A stretch of DNA of 36,895 nucleotides from Octopus bimaculoides (taxonomy: Eukaryota), in contig NC_069003.1 in the NCBI RefSeq assembly GCF_001194135.2, positions 11,933,039-11,969,933 on the forward strand. The letters run 5' to 3'. A model generated the notes under the pieces. It did not search any database and was not told the DNA's origin. It saw nothing but the letters and a program-made list of their open reading frames with translations. Position 1 is the stretch's first letter. Every line of letters starts with the position of its first letter. Shown here piece after piece: positions 33,416 through 36,895 of this stretch. Made by a program: the position numbers and the translations under genes.

Positions 33416-33729
33416 ATATATATATATAATACATTTGTGTGTATAGATTTTTATGAACATCTATGTGTTAGTATATATACATAAGCACACATGTGTCTGT
33501 GATTAACAGTTGGACTTGGTGTACTGTTGGCTATCTTTGATAACTTAAATTATAGACTTTAGAATAAAAGATAACTTTAAACATAATAATCACAGAAGAA
33601 GGGTTTTCGAGTTTCTATCAAGAAGCTGTGTCACCAAAGTGTTTTGTTAGTTTATTAGTAATGCTGTCATACCTGGAGGACAAATATATTAGGCAGAACA
33701 AGGCACTTTTTTTTTATATATGTGTATAT

Positions 33730-34810
33730 AAGCGTAGGAGTGGCTGTGTGATAAGTAGCTTGCTTACGAACTACATGGTTCTGGGTTCAGTCCCTCTGCG
33801 TGGCACCTTGGGCAAGTGTCTTCTACTGTAGCCTCGGGCCGACCAAAGCCTTGTGAGTGAATTTGGTAGACGGAAACTGAAAGAAGCCCGTCGTATATAT
33901 GTATGTATATATATATATATATGTATATATATGTATGTGTGTGTATATGTTTATGTGTCTGTGTTTGNNNNNNNNNNNNNNNNNNNNNNNNNNNNNNNNN
34001 NNNNNNNNNNNNNNNNNNNNNNNNNNNNNNNNNNNNNNNNNNNNNNNNNNNNNNNNNNNNNNNNNNNNNNNNNNNNNNNNNNNNNNNNNNNNNNNNNNNN
34101 NNNNNNNNNNNNNNNNNNNNNNNNNNNNNNNNNNNNNNNNNNNNNNNNNNNNNNNNNNNNNNNNNNNNNNNNNNNNNNNNNNNNNNNNNNNNNNNNNNNN
34201 NNNNNNNNNNNNNNNNNNNNNNNNNNNNNNNNNNNNNNNNNNNNNNNNNNNNNNNNNNNNNNNNNNNNNNNNNNNNNNNNNNNNNNNNNNNNNNNNNNNN
34301 NNNNNNNNNNNNNNNNNNNNNNNNNNNNNNNNNNNNNNNNNNNNNNNNNNNNNNNNNNNNNNNNNNNNNNNNNNNNNNNNNNNNNNNNNNNNNNNNNNNN
34401 NNNNNNNNNNNNNNNNNNNNNNNNNNNNNNNNNNNNNNNNNNNNNNNNNNNNNNNNNNNNNNNNNNNNNNNNNNNNNNNNNNNNNNNNNNNNNNNNNNNN
34501 NNNNNNNNNNNNNNNNNNNNNNNNNNNNNNNNNNNNNNNNNNNNNNNNNNNNNNNNNNNNNNNNNNNNNNNNNNNNNNNNNNNNNNNNNNNNNNATGAGT
34601 GGGTTTGGTAGATGGAAACTGAACGAAGCCAGTCATATGTGTGGGTGTGTATGTCTCTGTAACTTAGTGGTTTGGCAAAAGAGACCAATAAAATAAGTAC
34701 CAGGTTTCAAAAAAAATAGTACTGGGGTCAATTTGTTTGACTAAGTCCTTCAAAGTGGTGCCCCCTCATTGCTGCAGTCTCATGACTGAAACAAGTAAAA
34801 GATAAAAAAA
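33730..34810 (+). mobile_element. SINE A copy or copies spanning a gap
   Basis: Near-consensus head and core 33730-33967; a second core and tail 34595-34810. Confidence 0.8.
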
Positions 34811-34812
34811 CA

Positions 34813-34843
<31 letters not shown>

Positions 34844-34844
34844 G

Positions 34845-35105
34845 ATCTTTTATTCTTTTACACATTTCAGCCATTTGACTGTGGCCATGCTGGAGCACTA
34901 CCTTAACAGGCTTCAGTTGAAGAAATCAACCCCAGGACTGATTCTTTGTAAGCCTAGTACTTATTTTATCATTTTCTTTTGCTGAACTGCTAAGTTACAG
35001 GTACATAAACATACCAACATCTGTTGTCAAGTGATGGTGGGGGGACAAACACAGATAGAAAGACACATACACATAAATATGTATACATATACATACATAT
35101 ATATA
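34845..35105 (-). mobile_element. SINE A 3' half
   Basis: gactgtggccatgctggagcact...ctgctaagttacagg. Confidence 0.75.
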
Positions 35106-35109
35106 TACA

Positions 35110-35290
35110 ACCCTATCCCTCTTGGTTCATCTTTAAGGCTTTCATTTCCTGAACAAAATCTTTGGAACCATCTCTGAACAGTTCTAATGTCAACAGAATT
35201 GTTACCAAAAGCTCGCTTGATGTTTTGTAGAGCTTCAGTGGCTGAGTGACCCAACATGTATTTGTACAAGAAAATCACTCAATATTGTTC
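35110..35290 (-). mobile_element. Mariner transposase N-terminal HTH fragment
   Basis: GHSATEALQNIKRAFGNNSVDIRTVQRWFQRFCSGNESLKDEPRG matches the mariner paired-like DNA-binding pattern. Confidence 0.75.
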
Positions 35291-35489
35291 AGTTATCAAC
35301 ATTGTCATAAGAGCTGTTGGTAGCAATTTTGAATAATAGTATTGTCTAGAAAGAAAAAGAGTTAAGAGTAAACACAAGCATATACATAGAAACTCATTAA
35401 AAATCCATTTGTAGGTGACTCATAAGAAACCCATTGAAAATACCACATTCCATGTGAGACAACCTATTATATATATATAAATATATATG

Positions 35490-35735
35490 TATGTATGTAT
35501 CCATGTATGTGTGTGTCGTTGTGTCTGTGCTTGTCCCCCATCACTGCTTGACAACCAGTGTTGGTGGGTTTATGTCCCTATAACTTAGCAGTTCAGCATA
35601 AGAGCTCAATAGAATAAGTACCAGGCTTAAAAAAAAAAAGGTACTGGAGACAATTCATTTGACTGAATTTCTTCAAGATGATGCTCCAGCATCGCCACAG
35701 TTTAATGGCCTGAAACAAGTAAAAGGTAAGATGAA
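35490..35735 (+). mobile_element. SINE A 3' half
   Basis: gcttgacaaccagtgttgg...gctccagcatcgccacag. Confidence 0.75.
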
Positions 35736-35952
35736 AAATATAATGAAGAAGGGAATGTGGTGGTGGTAGTGGTGGTGGTGGTTGGGGTTAACCTAGTATC
35801 TCCTCTACAGTAACAAACCTGTTCCCTCCACTTCTTTCCTACCTTAATTTTGCAACATCTACAATATCATTTGAGGATGATATAAGTCTTGCAAGTTACA
35901 TAGTGAACTACAGAAAAAAAAATACAAACAAATAACAGAACCCAACATTTAA

Positions 35953-36249
35953 CCCTTCAGCATTCAAATTACTCTGTTAAATGCAATGCTTATTTATTCT
36001 CATTGCTTTAAATTAACCCCTTAGTGATCAGATTAATCTATTAATTATTTATTAAATATAATGCTTATTTATTCACATTCTTTAAAAAATTGATCATGTA
36101 CTATCTTGTAGCTTCAGAGTATTGAACATGTTACCGTCTATTTCTAGAATGGCATTGTAGGGTATGTATGAGAGGCCGGATATAGCCAGTTTGAACATAA
36201 AACAAGTAGAATATTTGGTCCAGATATGTCCAGTTTAAATGCTAAAGGG
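35953..36249. mobile_element. piggyBac-like MITE
   Basis: TTAA|cccttcagcattc ... aatgctaaaggg|ttat. Confidence 0.65.
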
Positions 36250-36261
36250 TTATTAAATGTA

Positions 36262-36455
36262 GGTGTTCTGTTAGAACAAACTATACTGCTGTAGTTACCA
36301 TGAGAGAACCTCTCCTATTGGCTTTTGGTGCAAAATACACTTTTGATTTATCTCCCCATTAGTAATATAGACAAGAGTGCATTTTGCATCAAAAGCCAAT
36401 AGGAGAGGTTCTCTCATGGTAACTACCAAAGTATAGTTTGTTCTAACAGAACATC
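36262..36455. repeat. Long foldback: 84-bp arms, 26-nt loop
   Basis: 36262-36345 versus the reverse complement of 36372-36455 differ at 7 of 84 positions by manual alignment. Confidence 0.92.
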
Positions 36456-36479
36456 ATTATCTGAGTGGGGATAAATATT

Positions 36480-36698
36480 CTTTTCTACTCTAGGCACAAG
36501 ATCCGAAATTTTTGGGTAGGTGGCGGGGCAGTCAATTAGATTGACCCCAGTACGCAACTGGTACTTAATTTATCAGCCTCGAAAGGATGAAAGGCAAAGT
36601 CGACCTTGTCAGAATTTGAACCCAGAATGTAAAGACAGATGAAATACCACTAAGCATTTTGCCAGGCATGCTAACATTTCTGCCAGCTCGCTGCCTTA
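36480..36698 (-). mobile_element. SINE B with TSD
   Basis: Flanks agtggggataaatatt and agtgggggataaatatt. Confidence 0.85.
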
Positions 36699-36825
36699 AG
36701 TGGGGGATAAATATTACTTCTCAGTATTAACACTTTAGCCCTCAGATTACTTGTCAAATGTAGCGCTTATTTATTCACATTGTTTTGAATTAACCCTTTA
36801 GTGTTTAGATTTTTAACAATTAATC

Positions 36826-36895
36826 ATGCAGGAGTGGCTGTGTGGTAAGTAGCTTGCTTACCAACCATATGGTTCCAGGTTCAGTCCCACTGCTT
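36826..36895 (+). mobile_element. SINE A head, cut by the window end
   Basis: gcaggagtggctgtgtggtaagtagcttgcttaccaacc..ggttcagtcccac. Confidence 0.8.

Overview
AT-rich, repeat-dense eukaryotic scaffold with eight N-gaps. The repeat families look like those of Octopus/coleoid cephalopods (inferred from recalled repeat sequences, not searched). No prokaryotic features were seen. The main content is a spliced minus-strand gene that the ORF track does not assemble. Ten coding exons (28389 down to 3989) have canonical AG/GT sites and compatible phases, and join without stops into 453 aa: a signal peptide followed by two tandem ependymin-related (EPDR)/LolA-like domains. The gene ends at an open phase-1 donor, so its C-terminus lies outside the window or in a gap. 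Introns and flanks contain a decayed RTE LINE and many RTE 3' tails, an L1/Tx1-type ORF1, and a nearly intact Penelope-like element. They also hold two deleted DD37D (maT) transposons, a mariner fragment, three tRNA-derived SINE families, several MITE types (mariner-, piggyBac- and hAT-like), a Helitron-like 3' end and an 84-bp-arm foldback. Repeat boundaries are by-eye and approximate; exon boundaries were counted base by base.
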